This document shows, piece by piece, positions 48,420-59,376 of a stretch of DNA of 64,000 bases. The position numbers and the translations under genes are program-made. This DNA comes from Heterodontus francisci (taxonomy: Eukaryota): assembly GCF_036365525.1 (NCBI RefSeq), contig NC_090373.1, positions 100,675,082-100,739,081 of the forward strand, given 5' to 3'. Position 1 is the stretch's first letter; every line of letters begins with the position of its first letter. Below the pieces are notes generated by a model that did no database searches, was not told where the DNA came from, and was given only the letters and a program-made list of their open reading frames with translations.

Positions 48420-49218
48420 CAAAGTGAAGTGATATACTTTCGTAGGAAGTACAAGGAGAAGCAATATAAAATAAAGGATACAATTCTAAAGGGGGTACAG
48501 ACGCAGAGGGTCCTGGGGTATATGTGCACACATCATTGAAGGTAGTAGCGGAGGCTGAGAAACTTTTTAGCAAGGCATATGGGGTCTTGGGCTTTATAAA
48601 TAAAGGCTTAGATTACAAAAGCAAGAAGTTATGCTGAACCTTTATGAAACATTTATGGTTCGGCCTCTGGAGTATTGTGTTCAATTTTGGGGGCCACACT
48701 TTAGGAAGGATTTAAGGCATTCGAGAGGGTGCAGAAAAGATTAACAAGAATGGTTACAGGGATGAATGACTTCAATTACATGGCTAGATTGGGGAAGCTG
48801 GGGCTGTTCTCATTAGAGAAGAAAAGGTTGAGAGGAGATTTGATAGAGGTGTTGAAAATCATGAGGGGACTGGATAGAGTGGATAGGGAGAAATAGTTCT
48901 CACTAATGGGAGGGTCAAGAACCAAAGGACACTGATTTAAGGTGAATGGCAATAGAACTAAAGGCAACATGAGAAAAAACTTTTTTTACGCAGTGTGTGG
49001 TTAGGATCTGGAATGCACTGCCAGAGAGTGTGGTCGAGACAGATTCAATCATAGTTTTCTAAAGGGAATGAGATAATTATCTGAAGAGAAAAAAAATTGC
49101 AGGACTACAGGGAATGGGCAGGGGAGTGGGCCTAGGTGAGTTGCTCTTGCAGAGAGCTGGCCTGGACACGAAAGGCCGAATGGCCTCCTTCTGTGCTGTA
49201 ACAATTCTATGATTCTAA
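48420..49218 (+). mobile_element. Old CR1 3' fragment
   Basis: ggagtattgtgttcaattttgggggccacac, aggttgagaggagatttgatagagg; tail attctatgattcta. Confidence 0.85.
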
Positions 49219-50349
49219 TATCTCCTTATGTGGCTCGGTATCAAATTTTTCTTGATGACACTCCTGCGAAGTGCCTTGGAACATTTGACTATGTTAAAGG
49301 CACTAGATGAATGCAAGTAGTTGTTGTTCCTCCACACATGGATGCCTTTAAAATTGGGGCTGTAGTCTCTCAATCAGATCTCTTTCGGCCTATCAAGGTA
49401 CGAATATTTTAGCCTGCAGGCAGCAGCATTTTGGTTCTTTATAAGGTTAAATGCACCTGTCTTCTTATACCTCTTGCTTTAGATGTGAAAGGATTCCCAG
49501 TGCAATTGTGACAGATCCTATTGAATTCTGGATAATTAATTTCCTTTGAGAAGACTCCCTGATGGGAGATGGTGTGCAGTTTGTAAAGGTCTGAATAAAC
49601 TTCAGAAGTGAAGGCTAAAAAGGACCAAAAGCAGCAGATAAATTCCTGAGCCAAGACAACTACTAAGCAGACACCTTGTTAAGGAAGACCTGATATGCAT
49701 CAAGGAGCCAAACAGCTAGTGCCTGTTTTATATGGGCACTGAGTGACGCAGCACAGTTCTGGCAATGCAAGTGTGTTATAGGACCATCAGTTAATTTATA
49801 TTAAATTTGGGGCACTAATGAGATTAGCTCATGCCAGGTTTGCTGAGCATCACTGACGTGGCTGTGAGGGTTGTGCACTGGGCACAAAGAGAGCCTCAGT
49901 GTCCAACACTGCGAGTCACCTGTGTCTGCTGAGTAAATATTTCACCACTCAGAACTGTATTATGTACCCTATATCTTACCTCAGAATCAGAAATTCATTC
50001 ATCAGATCAAACTCACATCTTTGAATGGACCAATAAATGTACAATTCATTTAAACTTCTGAAGTAATCTATAAGAAGTCAGTAATATGCCCACCTCTCTT
50101 TCATGACACACAGTGTAGAATCATATCTCACAAAACAACCATATACCACATATTCAACTGCATCTAATCTTCCCTCAATTGCTAGCTTATAGATTACAAA
50201 ATGAAAGTAGCACTTATACCTGTGTGATCTGTAAACATCCTCAGTGCCTGACACATAGCAAGCACTTTACTAGAATGGGTCAAGAGATTTTAGCAATATT
50301 CAATCACCAGATTAAACTTTCTGCCTGAATAGCAGAGTCATTTAAATTG

Positions 50350-50695
50350 AAACATATAAGATCCTGAGAAGTCTTGACAGGGTGGATGTGGAAAGAATGT
50401 TTCCCCTTGTGGAAGAATCTAGAACTAGGGGTCACTGTTTAAAACAGAGATGAGGAGAATTTTTTCCTCTCAGAGGGTTGTGAGTCTTTGGAATTGTCTT
50501 CCTCAAAAGGCGGTGGAAGCAGAGTCTTTGAATATTTTTAAGGCAGAGGTAGATAGACTCTTGATAAGCAAGGGGGTGAAAGGTTATCAGCGGTAGGTGG
50601 GAATGTGGAGTTGAGGTTACAATCAGATCAGCCATGATCTTGTTGAATGGTGGAGCAGACTCGAGGGACCGAGTAGCCTACTGCTCCTAATTCAC
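50350..50695 (+). mobile_element. CR1 3' end fragment
   Basis: gaaacatataagatcctgag...agatcagccatgatct...gaatggtggagcagactcgaggg; similar to the 3' end at 6110-6480. Confidence 0.85.
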
Positions 50696-50699
50696 TGTT

Positions 50700-50920
50700 T
50701 TGCACATGCATACTGCGTATTGCAACATTTCATGCATGTTGTTTGCCAGTGTGCAACAGCAGCAAGCAGCTTGACCAGCAAGCAGAAGTAAAGCTTGCAC
50801 ATATGACATAAAGCATGTGAAATATGAGCTTCACATGAGGTAAAGATCAGCAAATTGCAATGGAATTGAGCACTTTAATTGCCAATATTAACATTTTGCA
50901 CTATAAAAACATGCACTGAA
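50700..50920 (-). promoter_or_regulatory. Candidate intronic splicing-regulatory cluster downstream of the microexon
   Basis: Sense-strand UGCAUG at 50910-50915, 50731-50736 and 50705-50710; at least 6 UGCU (YGCY) at 50758-50852. Confidence 0.6.
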
Positions 50921-50931
50921 ACACGCCTTAC

Positions 50932-50943
50932 CTGGCCTTCATA
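50932..50943 (-). CDS. LAMA2: LAMA2 12-nt microexon (exon 53-equivalent), encodes (S)MKA(R)
   Basis: ttttcctttcgtatcttttttttaatccag|TATGAAGGCCAG|gtaagg; phase 2-2 symmetric; restores NLSMKARPEV as in the recalled longer human LAMA2 isoform. Confidence 0.93.
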
Positions 50944-51019
50944 CTGGATTAAAAAAAAGATACGAAAGGAAAACAACATGATTATGTTAATATAGTTCAC
51001 ATATAGTTCTTAGAAAACC

Positions 51020-51320
51020 AGAATATCCTGAAATATAAACAGAAAATTCTGGAAATATTCAGCAGGTCTAGCAGCTTCTGTGGAGACAGAAACAGAGATA
51101 ACAATTCAGATCTGTGACCTTTCATCAGAAGTCTCTCCACAGTTGCAGCAGACCTGCAGAGTATTTCCAGCATTTTCTGTTTTCATTTCGTTTTGTGTGA
51201 TTTTGGACCAAGGGGCTGACGGTATCTCGTAAATGTTCTTTGCGTTGTTGTGGCTGGTGGCTCTGGCAAAAATCACACAACATTTCAGATTTCCAGTATC
51301 GGTAATATTTTGCCTTTGTA
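51020..51320. mobile_element. Fold-back Penelope-like remnant
   Basis: Arms ttcagcaggtctagcagcttctgtggagac / gtctctccacagttgcagcagacctgcagag; minus strand CTGATGAAAGGTCACAGATCTGAA. Confidence 0.65.
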
Positions 51321-51899
51321 TCCTGAAATATGATTAGTTTATTCTATACTACCTTTGGAAGCAAAGCTTTTCATAATTCTTGTTATTACACAGGATTAAT
51401 CAAGGATTTTTTTCATTAGTATCTCTCTTAGCAATCAAGTAGATTAAAATAGTTTGGAATCAACATCCTTTTGCTTTACTTCCTATTCTTGATTTTTGGG
51501 GAATGTTTTTGCCTAAATTGAGTGACTTTCATAAGACACTAACCACAAGACTCCTCCACTATTGCACTCCCATAAACAAGATAAAGTTACCATTGTTTCA
51601 AAGATTCATTACAGGTAACTCAGAGACTAAAGTTTTTACACATAGTATTAGAATATGAGGCAATCAGGTTATCTTTATGTTTTGGATTACTTTCCTATCT
51701 CTTTAACACACTATCATACACTAGTGTTTCAGAAGAAACAGCTACCTGCCAACCTACAATTCCACAAGTCTGTCAATGTAATTTCCTGCTAATTACACAG
51801 TTAAGCTCTGTGAAACTTCATTTCTCCAACAGTCTAGATTGCTAGAATTTATACCTTAGAGGGAGCCTAAGTACTAATGTGATTTAGATGCTGGGAATA

Positions 51900-52900
51900 G
51901 CAAAGTACTTGCGGATGCTGAAAATCTGAAATAAGAGGAGAAAATGCAGGAAACACTCAACGGCTGGAATTTTCCCAGCTTGCCGCTGATATCGGCGGCA
52001 AGCTTCAAAGATGGCGGGGCGCACACGGCGGCTCACTCACATGTCCAGGGCGTAATGCACGCCCCTGATGATGTGGAGGGGCGGGCGCTTCATTGCTGGC
52101 AAAGGCGTGCGGCACCACTGCGCAGGCGCCGGTATCAGTCCTTTATTTTAATTTAAATTTTTATAGCTACAGTAGTTTAAAAATAAAAGTGAGAAATGCA
52201 TTAAAAGTTTCAAGCCCCTCTCCCAATGCCCCTCCAATGAAATGACTAAAAACTTTATTAATTAACATCTCCACCCAAAAAAACTAACTTTACGATCCTG
52301 CCCTTTCCCCACCGAACTTTTTTCACTTTAACTTTCAACCCCTTCCCAGCAGCCCGTCCACCAATCGCAATGGATTACCCCATTTCACCAACCCCCCGCC
52401 CCCCCAACACCCCCACCGCCTTGAAAACTTACCTGCTCTCCCCTCCCAACCAGTATTCCAGAAGGCACAGGAGTTCCGGCAACCGGCTGGAATATCGCAG
52501 CGGGATGGCCATCGTGACAAGGTGAGTATTCATTCATTAATTTAAACAGATTTAATATTTTAATGAAGTTCCCATGGCCAAGCAGCAGGGGGCCACAACA
52601 AGGCCTCGCTGCCGGTACAATGGGGTGGGGCCTTCCCGAAGTCAAGGCCCATGTCGGTCCTCTCCCAGAGGTATTTTCCGGGCTCCCCCTGCCATGACCC
52701 CCGACATCGGGGGGCTATTAAAATCCAGCTCAACAGCTGAGGCAGCATCTGTGGAGAGGGAAATGTCAGGTCAACAATTCAGGTCGATAATCTTTCATCA
52801 GAACTGATGAACAGGGTTCTGACAAAAGGTTGTCATCCTGAAATGTTAACCTTATGCTCCTCTCTCCACAAATGGTGCCTGGACTGCCCAGTATTTCAAT
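51900..52900. mobile_element. Fold-back Penelope-like remnant interrupted by a MITE
   Basis: gcggatgctgaaaatctgaaata...ggaaacactcaac | agctgaggcagcatctgtggagag...tcatcagaac...ctctctccacaaatggtgcctgga. Confidence 0.62.
51962..52731 (-). mobile_element. Harbinger-type MITE (reverse orientation to the 1873 and 38885 copies)
   Basis: TIRs ggctggaatttt ... aaaatccagctc; 3-bp TSD AAC. Confidence 0.8.
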
Positions 52901-53441
52901 TGCTAGATTTTGGAGTTTAACCCAATGAGGTAATTTTACAAGTCAGTGGGAAGCTTTACCTGCCAGGAGTGCATGTTGGAAATATGAGTGCGCAATTACC
53001 ACAAACTCCTTATAATGTATAGTCAGAAAATCTTCGGCAATTTACACTCAAATTTACGATGTGCACTGCTAGTGAGTAAGGCAGATGGTGAGACTCACTT
53101 CCAGGAGTGCACATTCAAAATTACCCTAGTGGGTACAAATTACACATAAACAAAATGGGGAGGCAGTGGTGTAGTGGTAATGTCACTGGACAGTAATCCA
53201 GAGGCCCAGGCTAAAGTTCTGGGAACATGGGCTTGAATCCCACCATGGCGATAGTAGCCCATGGCAGAATGGAGGGAGGGGGCCTATTTGGCCCTTCTAA
53301 CACATTTCATGGTTATTTTCCTGATTCCAAAATGTGTCAAATTTCCCAAAAATTAGCAGATTTGGCACAGTAGTGTTTAAACTCACAATCTCTGAGTTAT
53401 TAGGCCATGAGGTTACCATAACACTAAATGTATATATACTG

Positions 53442-53898
53442 TAGAGGACTGCTGCATGACCCGAACCCGGAGGGACCCGACGACATGTGTCGGATTTGGG
53501 TCGGGTCGGGCCCATCTTCCGGGGCCGGCTTTCGGGCTCGGGTCAGGTCGGGCCGAGTCCAGATTGAGTCGGGTCGGGTCGAGCCGGCCACGCACGATAA
53601 GTGCTCTGCTGGTAAGTATTAAAAATAAAAAAAAAAACACTTGAGCTGGGAGTCCGGAACTAAACAGAGTCTGCGCAGTGAGCGAGTGATGTCACTATGA
53701 CATTATGGTGCTTGCGCTGCAGCTTCTTGCAGGTTCGATGTCAGGAGGTAAGTAAAGGGATGGTCGAGTCGGGTCGAATAGTGGGGGATTCGGGTCGGGT
53801 CGGGCTCGGGGCAAAATCGGAGGGACTGGGACTGGGTTGGGCTCTGGTCTGCTGTGGTTTGGGTCGGGTTCTTTTTCCCAACCTAAAGCAGGCCTCTA
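53442..53898. mobile_element. Complete hAT-superfamily MITE (457 bp)
   Basis: TIRs TAGAGGACTGCT / AGCAGGCCTCTA; perfect 8-bp TSD ATATACTG (53434-53441 / 53899-53906); arrays of TCGGG repeats. Confidence 0.92.
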
Positions 53899-54015
53899 AT
53901 ATACTGGGTATGCATATAGTTGACACAAATTAAACAAGCACAATCTTCAGCTACTTCAAGGAACAAGAATCTGTACAACCCATCATCAAAAATGTATTAT
54001 TGCAGAAAGATGTAC

Positions 54016-54154
54016 CTTAAATTTTGTAATATAGACAAGCCACCAAAATATATCTTCTCATTATCTTTCAGATTAAGTCCAAAGTTTGTTCCTGGGGAAA
54101 TTATAACCAGGTTTTCTTCTTTATTGTTTATTGTATCACATATGGAAATATTTG
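54016..54154 (-). CDS. LAMA2: LAMA2 exon 52-equivalent (LG2), 139 bp
   Basis: ttttggcag|CA...AG|gtacat; ANISICDTINNKEENLVIISPGTNFGLNLKDNEKIYFGGLSILQNL. Confidence 0.95.
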
Positions 54155-54242
54155 CTGCCAAAATAAAAAAGTATTAGATTAACTATCAAGTGTAACAAGA
54201 ATTTTTTTGTGAAATTGAAGGTTTACAACTAAAAAAGCACAC

Positions 54243-54387
54243 CTTGTTTTAGAATTCTTGACAACGTGAAAGATTTCCATTTTCCATCATTGTGGCGTCC
54301 TCTACTGGTGGCATTAGCTGCACCTGAGCCAAGGTCATAGCTAACCTTTATCCGCCCATCAGTCAGTTCAACACTCATGAAATCTCT
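54243..54387 (-). CDS. LAMA2: LAMA2 exon 51-equivalent (LG2), 145 bp
   Basis: ttttaatag|AGA...AAG|gtgtgc; RDFMSVELTDGRIKVSYDLGSGAANATSRGRHNDGKWKSFTLSRILKQ. Confidence 0.96.
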
Positions 54388-54499
54388 CTATTAAAATTTA
54401 GCAACGTTTAAAAATAGACAAAAAATTAATCAGCGGAATTCTGCTCAGACATGAGAACTGAAAAATAGTTTGCTTTTAATGTATTGACACTGCATTTAC

Positions 54500-54662
54500 C
54501 AGATCCTTTGTGGCAAGGTACATGAGTAGTGCATCTGAAGTAAAAGTCCTGAATTTGAATACAATTGCTGACACATTTGGATTCCAGCGAGTTGGTCGAC
54601 CTACACCTGCATAGCCTTCTCCGTCAAACTGTACGGTGCCTTCAGTGTCAGTGGGTTGAGGA
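54500..54662 (-). CDS. LAMA2: LAMA2 exon 50-equivalent (LG2 start), 163 bp
   Basis: ttttatag|T...CTG|gtaaat; PQPTDTEGTVQFDGEGYAGVGRPTRWNPNVSAIVFKFRTFTSDALLMYLATKDL. Confidence 0.97.
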
Positions 54663-54869
54663 CTATAAAAAGGGGGAAACATAAAGAATTTTATTAATAA
54701 CATCACTTCATTTAAAACTTTCAGGGATGAATTCACCTGGGAGCTTTCAAAAGATCTACAATAGTTACATAAGCCTAAAATTGTTGTTGGTTAAGTGAGC
54801 AAACTAATGTTAAGACATGCAAATGGCATTCCTTCATCCACTATTTAGATTCAGGCTTTTTGATCCTCA

Positions 54870-55290
54870 AGCACTGTCCCTCTCCCTATCAAAAACATTG
54901 TCATCATCCCTGCCAGAAATCGCACCCTTGACCTCTCTGTCCTGATAAACTATTGCCCCATCTCCAACCTCCCTTTCCTCTCCAAAGACACTGAAACAGC
55001 CCTAACCAAAGTCATGCACAAAATCTGTCAATGCATTATTCCATCTTATTCTCCCTGACCTCTCTGGAGGCTTTGACACAGTCAATTGCACCATTTGCCT
55101 CCAATGCCTGTCCTCCATTGTCCAGCTCTGTGGAACTGCACTTGCTTGGCTCCACTCTTAACTTTCCAACTGTTACCACAGCATCTCCTGTAATGGTTTC
55201 TCTTCCTGCCCCACATCATTACCTCCAGAACCCATCAAGATCTCTCCTTGGCTTTCCATCACAAAGAGTGTCTACTTCTATTTCCATAAC
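54870..55290 (+). mobile_element. Old L2-like LINE RT remnant (probably continuing at about 57160-57700)
   Basis: cacccttgacctctctgtcctgataaactattgccccatctccaacctccctttcctctccaaag resembles LDP...NYRPISNLPFLSK of L2 RTs. Confidence 0.6.
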
Positions 55291-55746
55291 ACTGACAGTT
55301 CCACCCTTATCATAGCCCATTTGAAGTGGTAGTGTGGCAAATGCTCTATTTAAGCTTGAGTCTAGACCCCCACCTGCCAAGAATGAGGCATATTAATTTT
55401 GTCATATGAACATTGAATTTTAAACCATTGCTGGAGTGAAGAAATGACTTTTTTTTTTACAGATCACCAGATAATGGGCTGGAAGGACATGTGCTTACTA
55501 AGAGATTCTGCTTGTGGAGACAAAGGACTATTCCCTGCTCCAATTAACCCAAATGGATTTTGATCACCAGATATTGAAGGTGTAAGGAAGTGCATTGCAG
55601 AAACTGCTAAGGTACAATCCACAAACCTCGCAAGAGAGACTGTTCCAAATAAGGAGCTCGTCACATGACTAACCTGCTAGGCAACAAAAACAAGAAATGC
55701 TGGAATCACTCAGCAGGTCTGGCAGCATCTGTGGAAAGAGAAGCAG

Positions 55747-55783
55747 AGTTAACGTTTCGGGTCAGTGACCCTTCTTCGGAACT
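55747..55783 (-). ncRNA. Minimal type-I hammerhead-ribozyme-like motif (left arm)
   Basis: AGUU-CCGAAGA-A-GGGUC-ACU-GACCC-GAAAC-GUU-AACU: helix I AGUU/AACU, helix II 5 bp, palindromic AACGUU helix III; the core has U4C relative to CUGANGA. Confidence 0.6.
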
Positions 55784-56025
55784 GACAAATATTAGAAAAG
55801 TCACAGATTATAAACAAGTGAGGTGGGGGTGGGGCAAGAGATAACAAAGGAGAAGGTGCAGATTGGACCAGGCCACATAGCTGACCAAAAGGTCACGGAG
55901 AAAAGGCAAACAATATGTTAATGGTGTGTTATGTGGCCTGGTCCAATCTGCACCTTCTCCTTTGTTATCTCTTGCCCCACCCCCACCTCACTTGTTTATA
56001 ATCTGTGACTTTTCTAATATTTGTC

Positions 56026-56062
56026 AGTTCCGAAGAAGGGTCACTGCCCCGAAACGTTAACT
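56026..56062 (+). ncRNA. Minimal type-I hammerhead-ribozyme-like motif (right arm)
   Basis: AGUU-CCGAAGA-A-GGGUC-ACU-GCCCC-GAAAC-GUU-AACU; same as the left arm with one helix II mismatch. Confidence 0.55.
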
Positions 56063-56629
56063 CTGCTTCTCTTTCCACAGATGCTTCCAGACCTGCTGAG
56101 TGATTCCAGCATTTCTTGTTTTTGTTTCAGATTTCCAGCATCCGCAGTATTTTGCTTTTAACCTGCTAGGCAACCTGGGTTTTTTTGAATTGTGCCACAG
56201 AGAAAGGGAGAAGGTAGTTTTGAACTGGAACCTAGAACAAGAAAACCTCTCTCTCCTGGCTGTCTCTCTCGCCTTCTCCCAAGCCACCGGACCCACCAAA
56301 GATACGTAAACCTCAAGAGAGAAAAGACTCCTACATCGAAACAAGTTGAAGCATGAACTGGGCCTGAATGAATAGCAGGACTTACCGGCAACCAAACATT
56401 TCCCCTTTTTTCCTTCTACTTTTTCTGTCTCTATTTGTGTGTATGTTTATCGCATATGCATGCTAGTGTGGTCGCATCGGGTAAACTAAAAACACTGTGT
56501 TTTAAAATTAAACCCTGTTACCGTTAAACCAGACAAAGGCTGAGAAGGATCCCCTAGACCCCTTCTCACCTGGTCGTAACAGAAGTCAGTGATGTAGATT
56601 TGAATCCCACGGCTGCCAGAATGTGAATG

Positions 56630-57150
56630 GGGGCTATGGTAGCATAGTGACTATGTTACTAGACTAGTAATTCTGATGAAAGGTCATCAACCTAAAACAT
56701 TAACACTGCTTTTCTCTTCCATAGATGCTGCCTCACCTGCTGAGCATTTCCAGTTTTATCAGTTTGTGTGTTAGTAATCCAGAGGCCTGAACTAATGATC
56801 CAGAGACATGAGTTCAAATCCCACCATGGCAACAGGGGAATTTAAATTCAATTAATTGAATAAATTTGAAATAAAAAGCTAGTCCCAATAATGATGACAG
56901 TGAAACTACTGGATTGTTGCAAAAATTCATCAGGTTCAATACTGACTTTTAGGGAAGGAAATCTGCTGTCTTCTCCTGGTCTGGCCTATATGTGACTTCA
57001 GACCCATTGAAATGTGGCCAACTCTTAACTGCCCTCTGAACTAGCCTAGAAAACCCTTCAGTTGTAGTCAAGAAGGCAGCTCAGCACCACCTTCTCAAGG
57101 GCAAATGCTGGCCCTGCCAGTGATGCCCACATCTCATGAATGAATTTAAA
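56630..57150 (+). mobile_element. tRNA-headed SINE made of the 5' head and 3' tail of the 14030-23140 LINE
   Basis: Shares gttcaaatcccacca, tttagggaaggaaa.ctgc and tctggc.tatatgtga.t.cagacc with 14080-14330, and caccaccttctcaagg with 23090; carries a 100-bp insertion at 56672-56771. Confidence 0.75.
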
Positions 57151-57969
57151 AAAAATCTACGACTGAAAACTTCATCCATGTCTTTGTCACCTGCAGACTC
57201 AACTATTCTAATCCCATCCTGCACCCTCCACAAACTTCAGCTCATCCATAACTCGGCCTCATTTATCTTATCGTACTAAGTCCCACTCCTTAATAAATTA
57301 CACTGGCTCCTAATTCCCCCATACTTCAAATTTTAAATTCTCATTTTCATTTTCAATCCCTCAAGGCTTTGCTCTGTAACCTATTGCAATGTTTCAATTC
57401 CCTCCCTTCTTTGTTCCTCTGACTCTGGACTCTTGCATGTGACAACTGCTCTTTGCCCATCATTCATGGCTGTGCTTTCTGCTGCTTTGATCTAAGCTCT
57501 GCAATTTCCTGCTAATGTTCCTCTATCTCTCCAGCTCTCTCACATCCTTTAAGAACATTGTAATGATCCATCTCTTTAACCAAGCTTTTGGTCACCTCTC
57601 CTAGTATCTCCTTCTTTGGCTTGGCATTCTTTTTTGATTATGGCTGCATAAAGCGCTTTGGGAATTTTTGTTTCCTTAAATGTACAATATAAATACAAAC
57701 CGCTGCTGATAACCCATTTGGCTTAAATAGCAGACACAAGAATATCATACAAACAAGTTTTTGTTTACATCTCCAATAGTAACATCAAGGATCTGCAAAA
57801 CCCCCAATTTGTGAATTATTGAAGCTAATTCTAAATATTTCAAATGAATATAGGAAAAATGCACAACATTACACAATAAATGCTATAGGGTAGTCTCTGA
57901 ATAAGGTAAAACTTCTAAACATTTGCTATTTTGTTGCAAAATCTGTTCCACCATCAAATGATAAGAGAG

Positions 57970-58545
57970 GATAGATCACAAAAGCAAGGAAATTATACTA
58001 AACCTTTATAAATCGCTGGTTAGGCCTCAGGTAGAATCTTGTATTAATTCCAGACATCACACTTCAGGAAAGATATCAAGGCCTTGGATTGGGTGCAGAA
58101 AGGTTTACCAAAATAACACTAGGGATGACAGACTTCAGCAATGTGGCGAGACTAGAGAAGCTGTGATTGTTCTCTTTACAGCACAGAAGGTTAAAAGGAT
58201 ATTTAATTGAGGTGCTAAAAATTATGAGAGGTGTTGATATAGTAAATAAGGAGAAACTATTTCCACTGGAAGGAGGGTTAGCAACCAATGGACACAGATG
58301 TAAAATAATTGGCAAAAGAACCAAAGGGGAGATGAGTAGAAATGTTTTTGCGCAGTGAGTTGTTAAGAGTTGGAATGCACTGCCTGAAAGGTGCTGGAAG
58401 TAGATTCAATAGTAACTTTCAAAATGTGATTGAATATATATAAGAAAAAAAAATGTAGGACTATAATGAAAGAGCAAGGCATGGGACAAATTGGATAGCT
58501 CTTCATAGAGCTGGCACAGAAACAATGGGATGAATGGCCTATTTG
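57970..58545 (+). mobile_element. Old CR1 3' fragment
   Basis: FSLQHRRLKGYLIEVLKIMRGVDIVNKEKLFPL...TNGHRCK. Confidence 0.85.
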
Positions 58546-58877
58546 ATACAGAGTTGGAAAACAGGGCTACAATTATAGTCGTACTCAAAGCAAATACAAT
58601 TTCTCCACTGGGAGAGTGGAATTACTTCTTTGTAGTAATTTTGCAACTTTGTGCTCGTGGCAGAAAGTTTTGTTCACCTGGACTGCACATCAGAAATTCA
58701 AATGTGAATTAATTGTTTGAAAATTACATGCCTGAATTTCTGGTATGTTCTGCTAATGGATGAGGTTCCTCAACAAGAATGAAAAGTCAGAAAATTACCC
58801 CTTTTTTAACCTGATTCAAAATGGAATAGGTTTAAGAGGGGCTGGAACCTTTACTTAGGAAAGGTAAGCATACATAC

Positions 58878-59002
58878 CTCACAACACAGCCTTTGCACTC
58901 TCCCTGTCTGTCTCTGTAATTCCACAGTCCAATAGGTTTACGATCCAAGGAAGTTTCTCCCATACAGCCAGAGAAAGTGATTGTTTTGACCACATCTGAT
59001 TT
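58878..59002 (-). CDS. LAMA2: LAMA2 exon 49-equivalent (LG1 end), 125 bp
   Basis: ccctttaag|AAA...GAG|gtatgt; KSDVVKTITFSGCMGETSLDRKPIGLWNYRDRQGECKGCVV. Confidence 0.96.
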
Positions 59003-59376
59003 CTTAAAGGGTTTAAGAGAAATACTGCAATTACAATACTGACACAATTGACTTCATCTCTTTTTTTTTGCAAGGCTGTAAATTTGTGTTCCCAGTCACA
59101 AGCAGAGATTTTCTGACTGGAAGTGGAACGATGTGCCAGCTGATCCATAAGCTAATATTTTCCTCTGTGGCTCTATAAGCAGGTGTTCGGGGTCAACTTA
59201 ATTTGAGAATTGAAGACAGGCCCCAGCAGTTTTCCTGCCTCCAAATAGAAGCTTGTCACTGGGGTCTGTGAAATGGCATGATGCTCCAGATTTAAACACT
59301 GGAGCACTTTCTAGGGTCGAGCATCATTACCAACCATTTTATTTTTGTGGCAAGCAGGATGACTAATTAGGAAAAC

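Larger units (their letters stand above)
55686..56158. mobile_element. Young fold-back Penelope-like element: about 195-bp near-perfect inverted arms, 50-bp spacer, 16-bp TSD
   Basis: Arms about 55684-55879 / 55930-56125 (2 mismatches seen by eye); TSD TAACCTGCTAGGCAAC at 55670-55685 and 56159-56174. Confidence 0.88.
55333..56581 (+). mobile_element. Solo LTR of the Gmr1-like family (opposite orientation to 19511-20415), containing a Penelope-like insertion
   Basis: Reverse-complement match to LTR 19511-20415 (cctgccaagaatga..catattaattttgtcatatgaac ... ctcacctggtcgtaaca); left boundary approximate. Confidence 0.85.

Noticed and set aside
53413-53933. Gly/Arg/Pro-rich ORFs and a possible CpG-island promoter
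   Set aside because: They lie almost entirely within the hAT MITE bounded by TIRs and an 8-bp TSD.
55684-56125. miRNA precursor or assembly artefact for the long inverted repeat
   Set aside because: It has a 16-bp TSD inside an LTR and belongs to a dispersed family with several diverged fold-back copies in this window, so a TE insertion explains it better.
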